A DNA stretch of 64,000 nt from Escherichia coli (GCF_024502345.1 NZ_JALDNN010000001.1); one strand, 5' to 3'; shown: positions 1 through 13,608, counted from the first letter of the stretch. Made by a program: numbers and translations. The notes: generated by a model not told the origin, from the sequence alone.

Positions 1-698
1 AGCAGATCCAACTGGGCAAACAGGACATCGTGTTTGCTGGCGGCGGCGAAGAGCTGTGCTGGGAAATGGCTTGCGAATTCGACGCAATGGGTGCGCTGTC
101 TACTAAATACAACGACACCCCGGAAAAAGCCTCCCGTACTTACGATGCTCACCGTGACGGTTTCGTTATCGCTGGCGGCGGCGGTATGGTGGTGGTTGAA
201 GAGCTGGAACACGCGCTGGCGCGTGGTGCTCACATCTATGCTGAAATCGTTGGCTACGGCGCAACGTCTGATGGCGCAGACATGGTTGCTCCGTCTGGCG
301 AAGGCGCAGTACGCTGCATGAAGATGGCGATGCATGGCGTTGATACCCCAATCGATTACCTGAACTCCCACGGTACTTCGACTCCGGTTGGCGACGTGAA
401 AGAGCTGGCAGCTATCCGTGAAGTGTTCGGCGATAAGAGCCCGGCGATTTCTGCAACCAAAGCCATGACCGGTCACTCTCTGGGCGCTGCTGGCGTACAG
501 GAAGCTATCTACTCTCTGCTGATGCTGGAACACGGCTTTATCGCCCCGAGCATCAACATTGAAGAGCTGGACGAGCAGGCGGCGGGTCTGAACATCGTGA
601 CCGAAACGACCGATCGCGAACTGACCACTGTTATGTCTAACAGCTTCGGCTTCGGCGGCACCAACGCCACGCTGGTAATGCGCAAGCTGAAAGATTAA
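1..698 (+). CDS. fabB: beta-ketoacyl-ACP synthase I, C-terminal part (5' end lies outside the window)
   Basis: Open frame runs from the window edge to the stop at 696-698; KAS C-terminal motifs ([21 protein letters not shown]); followed by a terminator hairpin. Confidence 0.9.
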   Translation, partial: QIQLGKQDIVFAGGGEELCWEMACEFDAMGALSTKYNDTPEKASRTYDAHRDGFVIAGGGGMVVVEELEHALARGAHIYAEIVGYGATSDGADMVAPSGEGAVRCMKMAMHGVDTPIDYLNSHGTSTPVGDVKELAAIREVFGDKSPAISATKAMTGHSLGAAGVQEAIYSLLMLEHGFIAPSINIEELDEQAAGLNIVTETTDRELTTVMSNSFGFGGTNATLVMRKLKD

Positions 699-702
699 TT
701 CG

Positions 703-800
703 CAGTAGGTCGGAGTAGTCGGAGTAGGTCGGATAAGACGCGCCAGCGTCGCATCCGACATTACGCGCCAGCGTCGCATCCGACGTTACGCGCCAATGCG
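703..800. repeat. REP-like palindromic repeat cluster
   Basis: Repeated gtaggtcgga and cgcgccagcgtcgcatccgac units, typical enterobacterial REP sequence, directly after the fabB stop. Confidence 0.6.
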
Positions 801-821
801 GCCTCCTGCACTAACGCCAAA

Positions 822-845
822 GGGAACCCGATGGTTCCCTTTTTC
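822..845 (+). terminator. rho-independent terminator after fabB
   Basis: Stem agggaacc/ggttccct with 3-nt loop followed by a T run. Confidence 0.6.
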
Positions 846-1003
846 ACATCATTGACAATCGCCGCCTGTTCCAGGCAAACTTCCCGCTTTGTCGATTTCC
901 TTCTGAAAAGACGTACGCGTTAATTCCTGCCAACGCACCGTAACCCTGAAACCAGAGAGATGAGACGGGGATACTCCTCGCCTTGCGCTGCATTCTGGAG
1001 TAA

Positions 1004-3177
<2,174 letters not shown>

Positions 3178-3275
3178 TACGTATCCTTATACCTGAAATC
3201 TTCGCAAGTATGCCTGGCCGCGAGATTATGGCACACTTGTCCGGTTAACTCTCGTCTCATACAGGTAACACAAAC

Positions 3276-4412
3276 GTGAAAATCCTTGTTGATGAAAATA
3301 TGCCTTATGCCCGCGACTTATTTAGCCGTTTGGGTGAGGTGATCGCGGTTCCCGGGCGTCCAATCCCCGTCGCTCAACTGGCAGACGCGGATGCGCTGAT
3401 GGTGCGTTCGGTCACGAAAGTGAATGAATCTTTGCTGGCAGGAAAACCCATTAAATTTGTTGGCACTGCCACTGCGGGGACCGACCATGTCGATGAAGCA
3501 TGGTTGAAGCAGGCGGGAATTGGTTTTTCCGCTGCACCTGGCTGTAATGCGATTGCGGTGGTGGAATATGTTTTCTCCTCCCTGCTGATGCTTGCCGAAC
3601 GCGATGGATTTTCACTGCACGAGCGTACCGTGGGGATCGTGGGCGTTGGTAACGTTGGTCGGCGTTTACAGGCACGACTGGAAGCGTTAGGGATTAAAAC
3701 CTTACTTTGCGATCCGCCTCGCGCTGACCGTGGGGATGAGGGTGATTTCCGCTCGCTGGATGAGTTAGTCCAGCGCGCGGATATTCTGACTTTCCATACG
3801 CCACTCTTTAAAGATGGTCCGTACAAAACGCTACATCTGGCGGATGAAAAACTGATCCGTAGCCTGAAGCCCGGAGCGATTCTGATTAACGCCTGCCGTG
3901 GCGCAGTCGTCGATAATACCGCGCTGCTGACCTGCCTGAATGAAGGCCAGAAGTTAAGCGTGGTGCTGGATGTCTGGGAAGGCGAGCCGGAACTTAACGT
4001 GGAGTTGCTGACAAAAGTGGATATCGGCACGCCGCATATTGCAGGCTATACCCTGGAAGGTAAAGCACGCGGTACTACGCAAGTGTTTGAAGCCTATAGC
4101 AAGTTTATTGGGCATGAACAGCACGTTGCGCTGGATACATTACTGCCCGCGCCAGAGTTTGGTCGCATTACGTTGCATGGCCCGCTCGATCAACCGACGC
4201 TGAAAAGGCTGGTGCATTTGGTGTATGATGTGCGCCGCGATGACGCACCGCTGCGTAAAGTCGCCGGGATACCGGGTGAGTTCGATAAACTGCGCAAAAA
4301 CTATCTTGAGCGCCGTGAATGGTCATCTCTGTATGTAATTTGTGATGACGCCAGTGCGGCATCATTGCTGTGTAAACTGGGTTTTAACGCCGTTCATCAT
4401 CCGGCACGTTAA
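3276..4412 (+). CDS. pdxB: erythronate-4-phosphate dehydrogenase
   Basis: 378-aa ORF with GTG start; D-isomer 2-hydroxyacid dehydrogenase NAD-binding motif [12 protein letters not shown]. Confidence 0.9.
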   Translation: MKILVDENMPYARDLFSRLGEVIAVPGRPIPVAQLADADALMVRSVTKVNESLLAGKPIKFVGTATAGTDHVDEAWLKQAGIGFSAAPGCNAIAVVEYVFSSLLMLAERDGFSLHERTVGIVGVGNVGRRLQARLEALGIKTLLCDPPRADRGDEGDFRSLDELVQRADILTFHTPLFKDGPYKTLHLADEKLIRSLKPGAILINACRGAVVDNTALLTCLNEGQKLSVVLDVWEGEPELNVELLTKVDIGTPHIAGYTLEGKARGTTQVFEAYSKFIGHEQHVALDTLLPAPEFGRITLHGPLDQPTLKRLVHLVYDVRRDDAPLRKVAGIPGEFDKLRKNYLERREWSSLYVICDDASAASLLCKLGFNAVHHPAR

Positions 4413-4477
4413 TCTCTTCTTCATGCTCTCTGCTGTAACATTGGCAGGGAGCTTTGCTATTTCTGGAGTAAACCACC

Positions 4478-5491
4478 ATGTCTGAAGGCTGGAACATTGC
4501 CGTCCTGGGCGCAACTGGCGCTGTGGGCGAAGCCCTGCTTGAAACGCTGGCTGAACGTCAGTTCCCGGTTGGGGAAATTTATGCACTGGCACGTAACGAA
4601 AGCGCAGGCGAACAACTGCGCTTTGGTGGTAAGACAATCACCGTGCAGGATGCTGCTGAATTCGACTGGACGCAGGCGCAGCTGGCATTTTTTGTCGCAG
4701 GCAAAGAAGCTACCGCAGCCTGGGTTGAAGAAGCGACCAACTCAGGTTGCCTGGTGATCGACAGCAGCGGATTGTTTGCTCTCGAACCCGACGTACCGCT
4801 GGTGGTGCCGGAAGTAAACCCGTTTGTACTGACCGATTACCGCAACCGGAATGTCATCGCCGTACCAGACAGTCTGACCAGCCAGCTGCTGGCGGCACTG
4901 AAACCGTTAATCGATCAGGGCGGTTTGTCGCGTATCAGTGTTACCAGCCTGATTTCAGCCTCCGCCCAGGGCAAAAAAGCGGTCGATGCGTTAGCGGGGC
5001 AGAGTGCGAAATTGCTCAACGGCATTCCGATTGACGAAGAAGATTTCTTCGGGCGTCAGCTGGCGTTCAACATGCTGCCGTTACTGCCGGATAGCGAAGG
5101 TAGCGTGCGTGAAGAACGTCGTATCGTTGACGAAGTACGCAAAATCCTGCAGGACGAAGGGCTGATGATTTCGGCAAGCGTCGTCCAGGCACCGGTATTC
5201 TACGGTCATGCCCAGATGGTCAACTTTGAAGCACTGCGTCCGCTGGCGGCAGAAGAAGCGCGTGATGCGTTTTCTCAGGGCGAAGATATTGTGCTCTCTG
5301 AAGAGAACGAATTCCCGACTCAGGTAGGGGATGCTTCGGGTACGCCGCATCTTTCTGTTGGCTGTGTGCGTAATGACTACGGTATGCCGGAGCAAGTCCA
5401 GTTCTGGTCGGTGGCAGATAACGTTCGCTTTGGCGGCGCGCTGATGGCAGTAAAAATCGCCGAGAAACTGGTGCAGGAGTATCTGTACTAA
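4478..5491 (+). CDS. usg: aspartate-semialdehyde dehydrogenase paralog USG-1
   Basis: 337-aa ORF; N-terminal Rossmann motif [10 protein letters not shown]; first gene of the usg-truA-dedA cluster. Confidence 0.85.
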
Positions 5492-6303
5492 TGTCCGACC
5501 AGCAACAACCTCCAGTTTATAAAATTGCGCTGGGCATTGAGTACGACGGCAGTAGGTATTACGGCTGGCAACGGCAGAATGAAGTCCGCAGTGTGCAGGA
5601 GAAGCTGGAAAAGGCGCTCTCCCAGGTGGCGAACGAACCGATCACCGTCTTCTGCGCCGGGCGTACTGACGCAGGGGTACACGGTACCGGGCAGGTGGTG
5701 CATTTCGAAACAACCGCGCAGCGCAAAGACGCTGCGTGGACGTTGGGCGTAAATGCGAATTTACCTGGTGACATCGCCGTGCGTTGGGTTAAAGCTGTAC
5801 CTGATGATTTTCATGCCCGATTTAGCGCCACGGCTCGCCGTTATCGCTACATCATCTACAATCATCGGCTGCGCCCGGCGGTACTGAGTAAAGGGGTAAC
5901 CCATTTTTACGAACCGCTGGACGCTGAACGGATGCATCGGGCTGCGCAATGCTTGCTGGGCGAGAATGATTTCACCTCGTTCCGTGCGGTGCAGTGCCAG
6001 TCCCGAACCCCGTGGCGCAACGTTATGCATATTAATGTCACGCGTCACGGTCCTTATGTGGTGGTTGATATCAAAGCGAATGCCTTTGTACATCATATGG
6101 TCAGGAATATTGTCGGCAGCCTGATGGAAGTCGGTGCCCACAACCAGCCGGAGAGCTGGATAGCAGAGTTGCTGGCGGCAAAGGACAGAACGCTGGCGGC
6201 AGCAACGGCAAAAGCGGAAGGGCTGTATCTGGTCGCGGTGGATTACCCTGACCGGTATGATCTTCCAAAACCGCCAATGGGCCCGCTATTTCTGGCGGAC
6301 TAA
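5491..6303 (+). CDS. truA: tRNA pseudouridine(38-40) synthase
   Basis: 270-aa ORF overlapping the usg stop by 1 nt; catalytic motif RTDAGVH. Confidence 0.9.
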
Positions 6304-6323
6304 CGAGAATAATGCTCGGAACA

Positions 6324-6358
6324 TTTCAGGCTGTAGCCAACGTAGTTACAGCCTGAAA
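6324..6358 (+). other. 11-bp inverted repeat hairpin after truA (no T tract)
   Basis: ttcaggctgta ... tacagcctgaa arms. Confidence 0.4.
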
Positions 6359-6385
6359 GATGACGAGTACAAGGCATAGGCAAAT

Positions 6386-7045
6386 ATGGACCTGATTTAT
6401 TTCCTCATCGATTTTATCCTGCACATTGACGTGCATCTGGCAGAGCTGGTCGCGGAGTACGGCGTCTGGGTTTATGCCATTTTGTTCTTAATTTTGTTCT
6501 GTGAAACCGGTCTGGTGGTAACGCCGTTTTTACCGGGTGATTCATTGCTGTTTGTTGCCGGAGCGTTGGCATCACTGGAAACCAACGATCTCAACGTCCA
6601 TATGATGGTGGTGCTGATGCTGATCGCCGCGATTGTGGGTGACGCGGTCAATTACACTATCGGGCGGTTGTTCGGTGAAAAGTTATTCAGTAATCCCAAT
6701 TCGAAAATTTTCCGTCGCAGTTATCTCGACAAAACCCATCAGTTTTATGAGAAACATGGCGGCAAAACGATTATTCTCGCCCGTTTTGTGCCGATCGTCA
6801 GAACGTTCGCCCCGTTTGTTGCGGGAATGGGCCACATGTCGTACCGTCATTTCGCTGCTTATAACGTGATCGGCGCACTGTTGTGGGTACTGCTTTTTAC
6901 CTACGCAGGCTATTTCTTCGGTACAATCCCGATGGTTCAGGATAACCTTAAGCTGCTGATCGTCGGGATTATTGTGGTTTCTATTTTGCCGGGCGTCATC
7001 GAAATAATCCGTCACAAACGCGCTGCGGCACGCGCCGCAAAATAA
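6386..7045 (+). CDS. dedA: DedA-family inner membrane protein
   Basis: 219-aa hydrophobic ORF; synteny truA-dedA-accD. Confidence 0.85.
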   Translation: MDLIYFLIDFILHIDVHLAELVAEYGVWVYAILFLILFCETGLVVTPFLPGDSLLFVAGALASLETNDLNVHMMVVLMLIAAIVGDAVNYTIGRLFGEKLFSNPNSKIFRRSYLDKTHQFYEKHGGKTIILARFVPIVRTFAPFVAGMGHMSYRHFAAYNVIGALLWVLLFTYAGYFFGTIPMVQDNLKLLIVGIIVVSILPGVIEIIRHKRAAARAAK

Positions 7046-7200
7046 AAAGTAACTCCGCGGTTCGACCACTTTTTTATCCAAAGTTTCGGGCTGTTATGTT
7101 TTAATGTGCAACATTCATGGTCTGTTGGGGGCAAAAATGGCATTATGCGTCCCCAAAGATAAAACTGGCATCGAACCAGGTTCAGACAGAAAGGTCCCTA

Positions 7201-8115
7201 ATGAGCTGGATTGAACGAATTAAAAGCAACATTACTCCCACCCGCAAGGCGAGCATTCCTGAAGGGGTGTGGACTAAGTGTGATAGCTGCGGTCAGGTTT
7301 TATACCGCGCTGAGCTGGAACGTAATCTTGAGGTCTGTCCGAAGTGTGACCATCACATGCGTATGACAGCGCGTAATCGCCTGCATAGCCTGTTAGATGA
7401 AGGAAGCCTTGTGGAGCTGGGTAGCGAGCTTGAGCCGAAAGATGTGCTGAAGTTTCGTGACTCCAAGAAGTATAAAGACCGTCTGGCATCTGCGCAGAAA
7501 GAAACCGGCGAAAAAGATGCGCTGGTGGTGATGAAAGGCACTCTGTATGGAATGCCGGTTGTCGCTGCGGCATTCGAGTTCGCCTTTATGGGCGGTTCAA
7601 TGGGGTCTGTTGTGGGTGCGCGTTTCGTGCGTGCCGTTGAGCAGGCGCTGGAAGATAACTGCCCGCTGATCTGCTTCTCCGCCTCTGGTGGCGCACGTAT
7701 GCAGGAAGCACTGATGTCGCTGATGCAGATGGCGAAAACCTCTGCGGCACTGGCAAAAATGCAGGAGCGCGGCTTGCCGTACATCTCCGTGCTGACCGAC
7801 CCGACGATGGGCGGTGTTTCTGCAAGTTTCGCCATGCTGGGCGATCTCAACATCGCTGAACCGAAAGCGTTAATCGGCTTTGCCGGTCCGCGAGTTATCG
7901 AACAGACCGTTCGCGAAAAACTGCCGCCAGGATTCCAGCGCAGTGAATTCCTGATCGAGAAAGGCGCGATCGACATGATCGTCCGTCGTCCGGAAATGCG
8001 CCTGAAACTGGCGAGCATTCTGGCGAAGTTGATGAATCTGCCAGCGCCGAATCCTGAAGCGCCGCGTGAAGGCGTAGTGGTACCCCCGGTACCGGATCAG
8101 GAACCTGAGGCCTGA
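7201..8115 (+). CDS. accD: acetyl-CoA carboxylase carboxyltransferase beta subunit
   Basis: 304 aa from the ATG at 7201 (MSWIERIK); N-terminal Cys4 zinc finger CDSCGQ...CPKCDHH; the track ORF extends upstream to 7117 but that is not the likely start. Confidence 0.9.
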
Positions 8116-8124
8116 TAACTGATA

Positions 8125-8152
8125 AGGGCAGGGCCACTGGCTCTGCCCTTTT
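8125..8152 (+). terminator. rho-independent terminator after accD
   Basis: Stem agggcagggcca/tggctctgccct followed by tttt. Confidence 0.6.
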
Positions 8153-8184
8153 GCTATTCTCACCGTAACGAATCAGCGGATACC

Positions 8185-9453
8185 ATGATTATCAAACGCA
8201 CTCCTCAAGCCGCGTCGCCTCTGGCTTCGTGGCTTTCTTATCTGGAAAACCTGCACAGTAAAACTATCGATCTCGGCCTTGAGCGCGTGAGCCAGGTCGC
8301 GGCGCGTCTTGGCGTCCTGAAACCAGCGCCATTTGTATTTACCGTTGCGGGTACGAATGGCAAAGGCACCACCTGCCGTACGCTGGAGTCGATTCTGATG
8401 GCGGCAGGGTACAAAGTGGGCGTCTACAGTTCGCCGCATCTGGTGCGTTATACCGAGCGCGTACGTGTGCAGGGTCAGGAATTGCCGGAATCGGCCCACA
8501 CCGCCTCTTTTGCGGAGATTGAATCGGCACGCGGTGATATTTCCCTGACCTATTTCGAGTACGGTACGCTGTCGGCGTTGTGGCTGTTCAAACAGGCACA
8601 ACTTGACGTGGTGATTCTGGAAGTAGGGCTGGGCGGTCGTCTGGACGCAACCAATATTGTCGACGCCGATATCGCGGTAGTAACCAGTATTGCGCTGGAT
8701 CATACCGACTGGCTGGGGCCAGATCGCGAAAGTATTGGTCGCGAGAAAGCAGGCATCTTTCGCAGCGAAAAACCGGCAATTGTCGGTGAGCCGGAAATGC
8801 CTTCTACCATTGCTGATGTGGCGCAGGAAAAAGGTGCACTGTTACAACGTCGGGGCGTTGAGTGGAACTATTCCGTCACCGATCATGACTGGGCGTTTAG
8901 CGATGCTCACGGCACGCTGGAAAACCTGCCGTTGCCGCTTGTCCCGCAACCGAATGCCGCAACGGCGCTGGCGGCACTGCGTGCCAGCGGGCTGGAGGTC
9001 AGTGAAAATGCCATTCGTGACGGGATTGCCAGCGCAATTTTGCCGGGACGTTTCCAGATTGTGAGCGAGTCGCCACGCGTTATTTTTGATGTCGCGCATA
9101 ATCCACATGCGGCGGAATATCTCACCGGGCGTATGAAAGCGCTACCGAAAAACGGGCGCGTGCTGGCGGTTATCGGTATGCTACATGATAAAGATATTGC
9201 CGGAACTCTGGCCTGGTTGAAAAGCGTGGTTGATGACTGGTATTGTGCGCCACTGGAAGGGCCGCGCGGTGCTACGGCAGAACAACTGCTTGAGCATTTG
9301 GGTAACGGCAAATCATTAGATAGCGTTGCGCAGGCATGGGATGCCGCAATGGCGGACGCTAAAGCGGAAGATACCGTGCTGGTGTGTGGTTCTTTCCACA
9401 CGGTCGCACATGTCATGGAAGTGATTGACGCGAGGAGAAGCGGTGGCAAGTAA
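8185..9453 (+). CDS. folC: bifunctional folylpolyglutamate synthase / dihydrofolate synthase
   Basis: 422-aa ORF; P-loop GTNGKGTT; Mur-ligase-like fold. Confidence 0.9.
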   Translation: MIIKRTPQAASPLASWLSYLENLHSKTIDLGLERVSQVAARLGVLKPAPFVFTVAGTNGKGTTCRTLESILMAAGYKVGVYSSPHLVRYTERVRVQGQELPESAHTASFAEIESARGDISLTYFEYGTLSALWLFKQAQLDVVILEVGLGGRLDATNIVDADIAVVTSIALDHTDWLGPDRESIGREKAGIFRSEKPAIVGEPEMPSTIADVAQEKGALLQRRGVEWNYSVTDHDWAFSDAHGTLENLPLPLVPQPNAATALAALRASGLEVSENAIRDGIASAILPGRFQIVSESPRVIFDVAHNPHAAEYLTGRMKALPKNGRVLAVIGMLHDKDIAGTLAWLKSVVDDWYCAPLEGPRGATAEQLLEHLGNGKSLDSVAQAWDAAMADAKAEDTVLVCGSFHTVAHVMEVIDARRSGGK

Positions 9454-10105
9454 GTTTCAGAATCGGTTAGTGGGCACGATCGTGCTGGTGGCGCTGGGGG
9501 TGATTGTACTTCCAGGGCTGCTGGACGGGCAGAAAAAACATTATCAGGATGAGTTTGCGGCTATCCCGCTGGTTCCAAAAGCGGGCGATCGCGATGAGCC
9601 TGATATGATGCCAGCCGCCACCCAGGCGTTGCCGACGCAGCCGCCGGAAGGCGCAGCGGAAGAGGTGCGGGCAGGTGATGCCGCAGCACCGTCGCTCGAT
9701 CCGGCCACTATTGCAGCCAATAACACCGAGTTTGAACCGGAACCTGCACCGGTCGCCCCACCGAAGCCGAAACCGGTGGAGCCGCCTAAGCCGAAGGTTG
9801 AAGCACCACCTGCGCCGAAGCCAGAACCGAAGCCGGTCGTGGAAGAAAAAGCAGCGCCAACGGGTAAAGCCTATGTTGTGCAACTGGGCGCGCTGAAAAA
9901 TGCCGATAAAGTGAATGAGATTGTCGGTAAGCTGCGCGGTGCCGGTTATCGGGTTTATACGTCGCCATCCACGCCAGTGCAGGGTAAAATTACCCGTATT
10001 CTGGTTGGGCCAGATGCCTCGAAAGATAAGCTGAAAGGTTCGCTTGGCGAACTGAAGCAGATCTCTGGTTTGAGCGGCGTGGTGATGGGCTACACGCCGA
10101 ATTAA
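9443..10105 (+). CDS. dedD: cell division protein DedD (SPOR domain)
   Basis: 220 aa from the GTG at 9443 (the track starts at an upstream TTG, 9425); N-terminal TM helix, Pro/Lys/Glu-rich linker, C-terminal SPOR-like domain; overlaps the folC 3' end by 11 nt. Confidence 0.85.
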   Translation: MASKFQNRLVGTIVLVALGVIVLPGLLDGQKKHYQDEFAAIPLVPKAGDRDEPDMMPAATQALPTQPPEGAAEEVRAGDAAAPSLDPATIAANNTEFEPEPAPVAPPKPKPVEPPKPKVEAPPAPKPEPKPVVEEKAAPTGKAYVVQLGALKNADKVNEIVGKLRGAGYRVYTSPSTPVQGKITRILVGPDASKDKLKGSLGELKQISGLSGVVMGYTPN

Positions 10106-10114
10106 TACGGTTTT

Positions 10115-10475
<361 letters not shown>

Positions 10476-10507
10476 ATTGCACGATGCCGCAAAGGCATAA
10501 AAAGTCG

Positions 10508-10540
10508 ATGGCGTTGAATATTTTTTCAGCGCCATTTTTA
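10508..10540 (+). terminator. rho-independent terminator downstream of dedD and the BIMEs
   Basis: Stem atggcgttgaa/ttcagcgccat, loop tatttt, then a T run. Confidence 0.55.
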
Positions 10541-10564
10541 TTGATGCGCGGGAAGGAAATCCCT

Positions 10565-10580
10565 ACGCAAACGTTTTCTT
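10565..10580 (+). promoter_or_regulatory. PurR operator (PUR box) of the cvpA-purF operon
   Basis: acgcaaacgttttctt matches the PurR operator consensus ACGCAAACGTTTNCNT; immediately followed by an extended -10-like tgttagaat (10585-10593). Confidence 0.75.
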
Positions 10581-10636
10581 TTTCTGTTAGAATGCGCCCC
10601 GAACAGGATGACAGGGCGTAAAATCGTGGGACACAT

Positions 10637-11125
10637 ATGGTCTGGATTGATTACGCCATAATCGCGGTGATTGCTTTTTCCTCTCTGGTTAGCCTGATCC
10701 GCGGCTTTGTTCGTGAAGCGTTATCGCTGGTGACATGGGGGTGTGCTTTCTTTGTTGCCAGTCATTACTACACTTACCTGTCAGTCTGGTTTACGGGCTT
10801 TGAAGACGAACTGGTTCGAAATGGGATTGCCATCGCGGTACTATTTATCGCTACCCTGATCGTTGGTGCTATCGTGAACTTCGTGATAGGCCAGCTGGTG
10901 GAGAAAACGGGGTTGTCAGGCACCGATCGGGTGCTGGGCGTCTGTTTCGGTGCGTTGCGCGGTGTGTTGATTGTTGCTGCCATTCTCTTCTTTCTCGACT
11001 CCTTTACCGGGGTGTCGAAAAGCGAAGACTGGAGCAAATCACAGCTGATCCCGCAGTTCAGTTTTATCATCAGATGGTTTTTTGATTATCTGCAAAGCTC
11101 GTCAAGTTTCTTGCCCAGAGCGTAA
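10637..11125 (+). CDS. cvpA: colicin V production membrane protein
   Basis: 162-aa hydrophobic ORF directly upstream of purF. Confidence 0.85.
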   Translation: MVWIDYAIIAVIAFSSLVSLIRGFVREALSLVTWGCAFFVASHYYTYLSVWFTGFEDELVRNGIAIAVLFIATLIVGAIVNFVIGQLVEKTGLSGTDRVLGVCFGALRGVLIVAAILFFLDSFTGVSKSEDWSKSQLIPQFSFIIRWFFDYLQSSSSFLPRA

Positions 11126-11161
11126 GTGCTCTGAGATGTGGCTTAACGAGGAAAAAGACGT

Positions 11162-12679
11162 ATGTGCGGTATTGTCGGTATCGCCGGTGTTATGCCGGTT
11201 AACCAGTCGATTTATGATGCCTTAACGGTGCTTCAGCATCGCGGTCAGGATGCCGCCGGCATCATCACCATAGATGCCAATAACTGCTTCCGATTGCGTA
11301 AAGCGAACGGGCTGGTGAGCGATGTATTTGAAGCTCGCCATATGCAGCGTTTGCAGGGCAATATGGGCATTGGTCATGTGCGTTACCCTACGGCTGGCAG
11401 CTCCAGCGCCTCTGAAGCGCAGCCGTTTTACGTTAACTCCCCGTATGGCATTACGCTTGCCCACAACGGCAATCTGACCAACGCTCACGAGTTGCGTAAA
11501 AAACTGTTTGAAGAAAAACGCCGCCACATCAACACCACTTCCGACTCGGAAATTCTGCTTAATATCTTCGCCAGCGAGCTGGACAATTTCCGCCACTACC
11601 CGCTGGAAGCCGACAATATTTTCGCTGCCATTGCTGCCACAAACCGCTTAATCCGCGGCGCGTATGCCTGTGTGGCGATGATTATCGGCCACGGTATGGT
11701 TGCTTTCCGCGATCCAAACGGGATTCGTCCGCTGGTACTGGGAAAACGTGATATTGACGAGAACCGTACAGAATATATGGTCGCTTCCGAAAGCGTAGCG
11801 CTCGATACGCTGGGCTTTGATTTTCTGCGTGACGTCGCGCCGGGCGAAGCGATTTACATCACTGAAGAAGGGCAGTTGTTTACCCGTCAATGTGCTGACA
11901 ATCCGGTCAGCAATCCGTGCCTGTTTGAGTATGTATACTTTGCCCGCCCGGACTCGTTTATCGACAAAATTTCCGTTTACAGCGCGCGTGTGAATATGGG
12001 CACGAAACTGGGTGAGAAAATTGCCCGCGAATGGGAAGATCTGGATATCGACGTGGTGATCCCGATCCCGGAAACCTCGTGTGATATCGCGCTGGAAATT
12101 GCTCGTATTCTGGGCAAGCCGTACCGCCAGGGCTTCGTTAAAAACCGCTATGTTGGCCGCACCTTCATCATGCCGGGCCAGCAGCTGCGTCGTAAGTCCG
12201 TGCGCCGTAAACTGAACGCCAACCGCGCCGAGTTCCGCGATAAAAACGTCCTGCTGGTCGACGACTCCATCGTCCGTGGCACCACTTCTGAGCAGATTAT
12301 CGAGATGGCACGCGAAGCCGGAGCGAAGAAAGTGTACCTCGCTTCTGCGGCACCGGAAATTCGCTTCCCGAACGTTTATGGTATTGATATGCCGAGCGCC
12401 ACGGAGCTTATCGCTCACGGTCGCGAAGTTGATGAAATTCGCCAGATCATCGGTGCTGACGGGTTGATTTTCCAGGATCTGAACGATCTGATCGACGCCG
12501 TTCGCGCTGAAAATCCGGATATCCAGCAGTTTGAATGCTCGGTGTTCAACGGCGTCTACGTCACCAAAGATGTTGATCAGGGCTACCTCGATTTCCTCGA
12601 TACGTTACGTAATGATGACGCCAAAGCAGTGCAACGTCAGAACGAAGTGGAAAATCTCGAAATGCATAACGAAGGATGA
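11162..12679 (+). CDS. purF: amidophosphoribosyltransferase
   Basis: 505-aa ORF; N-terminal nucleophile MCGIVGI (class II glutamine amidotransferase); PRTase domain. Confidence 0.95.
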
Positions 12680-12773
12680 TGCCTTCGCTGAGGGTGCCGG
12701 TCTGGCACCCTGACTTGCAACTCCCGCCGAAATCCTGCAAAGTCTGCCTGCAAGTCTGACAGGGCAACTATTT

Positions 12774-13343
12774 ATGAAACGACTCATTGTAGGCATCAGC
12801 GGTGCCAGCGGCGCGATTTATGGCGTGCGCTTATTACAGGTTCTGCGCGATGTCACAGATATCGAAACGCATCTGGTGATGAGCCAGGCAGCGCGCCAGA
12901 CCTTATCCCTCGAAACGGATTTTTCTCTGCGCGAAGTGCAGGCATTAGCCGATGTCACGCACGATGCGCGCGATATTGCCGCCAGCATCTCTTCCGGTTC
13001 TTTCCAGACGCTGGGGATGGTGATTTTACCCTGTTCAATCAAAACCCTTTCCGGCATTGTCCATAGCTATACTGATGGCTTACTGACCCGTGCGGCAGAT
13101 GTGGTGCTGAAAGAGCGTCGCCCGTTGGTGCTCTGCGTGCGTGAAACACCATTGCACTTAGGCCATCTGCGTTTAATGACTCAGGCGGCAGAAATCGGTG
13201 CGGTGATTATGCCTCCCGTTCCGGCGTTTTATCATCGCCCGCAATCCCTTGATGATGTGATAAATCAGACGGTTAATCGTGTTCTTGACCAGTTTGCAAT
13301 AACCCTTCCTGAAGATCTCTTTGCCCGCTGGCAGGGCGCATAA
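12774..13343 (+). CDS. ubiX: flavin prenyltransferase UbiX
   Basis: 189-aa ORF; flavoprotein motif GISGASGA. Confidence 0.9.
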   Translation: MKRLIVGISGASGAIYGVRLLQVLRDVTDIETHLVMSQAARQTLSLETDFSLREVQALADVTHDARDIAASISSGSFQTLGMVILPCSIKTLSGIVHSYTDGLLTRAADVVLKERRPLVLCVRETPLHLGHLRLMTQAAEIGAVIMPPVPAFYHRPQSLDDVINQTVNRVLDQFAITLPEDLFARWQGA

Positions 13344-13351
13344 CTCCGCTG

Positions 13352-13375
13352 TTGCCCTGTTTCAGGGCAATTTTG
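13352..13375 (+). terminator. rho-independent terminator after ubiX
   Basis: Stem ttgccct/agggcaa, loop gtttc, then tttt. Confidence 0.6.
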
Positions 13376-13524
13376 CAACCGCGATCAAATCCTCGACATT
13401 TTGTTTCTGCCATTCAATCGAAACGCTGCGATTCAACCGCTATACCTGCTATCTTCAACTTCAGGACAATAATGCAACGTCTTATTAACATATTTAACGT
13501 TGAATGTTACTGTTGTCGTCAAGA

Positions 13525-13540
13525 TGGCATAAGACCTGCA
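13525..13540 (+). promoter_or_regulatory. sigma54 (-24/-12) promoter candidate for argT
   Basis: TGGCAT-N5-CTGCA matches TGGCAC-N5-TTGCA with GG and GC correctly spaced; lies about 70 nt upstream of the argT ATG. Confidence 0.6.
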
Positions 13541-13608
13541 TGAAAGAGCCTGCAAACACACAACACAATACACAACATAAAAAAGCCATTTTCACTTGAG
13601 GGTTATGT

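Noticed and set aside
7117-7200. Upstream-extended starts proposed by the ORF track for accD (7117), and likewise menD (58419), yfcC (24340), rbn (56439), yfbU (28788), nuoG (41229) and dedD (9425)
   Set aside because: The extensions overlap upstream genes or lack ribosome-binding sites, and shorter starts give products matching the conserved N-termini and expected lengths. The track evidently counts TTG/GTG codons as Met, which inflates some ORFs.
9750-9845. Repetitive Pro/Lys/Glu/Ala-coding DNA inside dedD as a possible repeat element or insertion
   Set aside because: It is in frame and encodes the low-complexity linker (PKPKPVEPPKPKVEAPPAPKPEPKPV) expected between the DedD membrane anchor and the SPOR domain; it is a protein linker, not a mobile or regulatory repeat.
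13352-13543. 63-aa ORF in the ubiX-argT spacer, and 35918..36100 (60 aa) in the lrhA-nuoA spacer
   Set aside because: Both sit on terminator and promoter sequence, begin at non-ATG or unsupported starts, and have no ribosome-binding site or motif.
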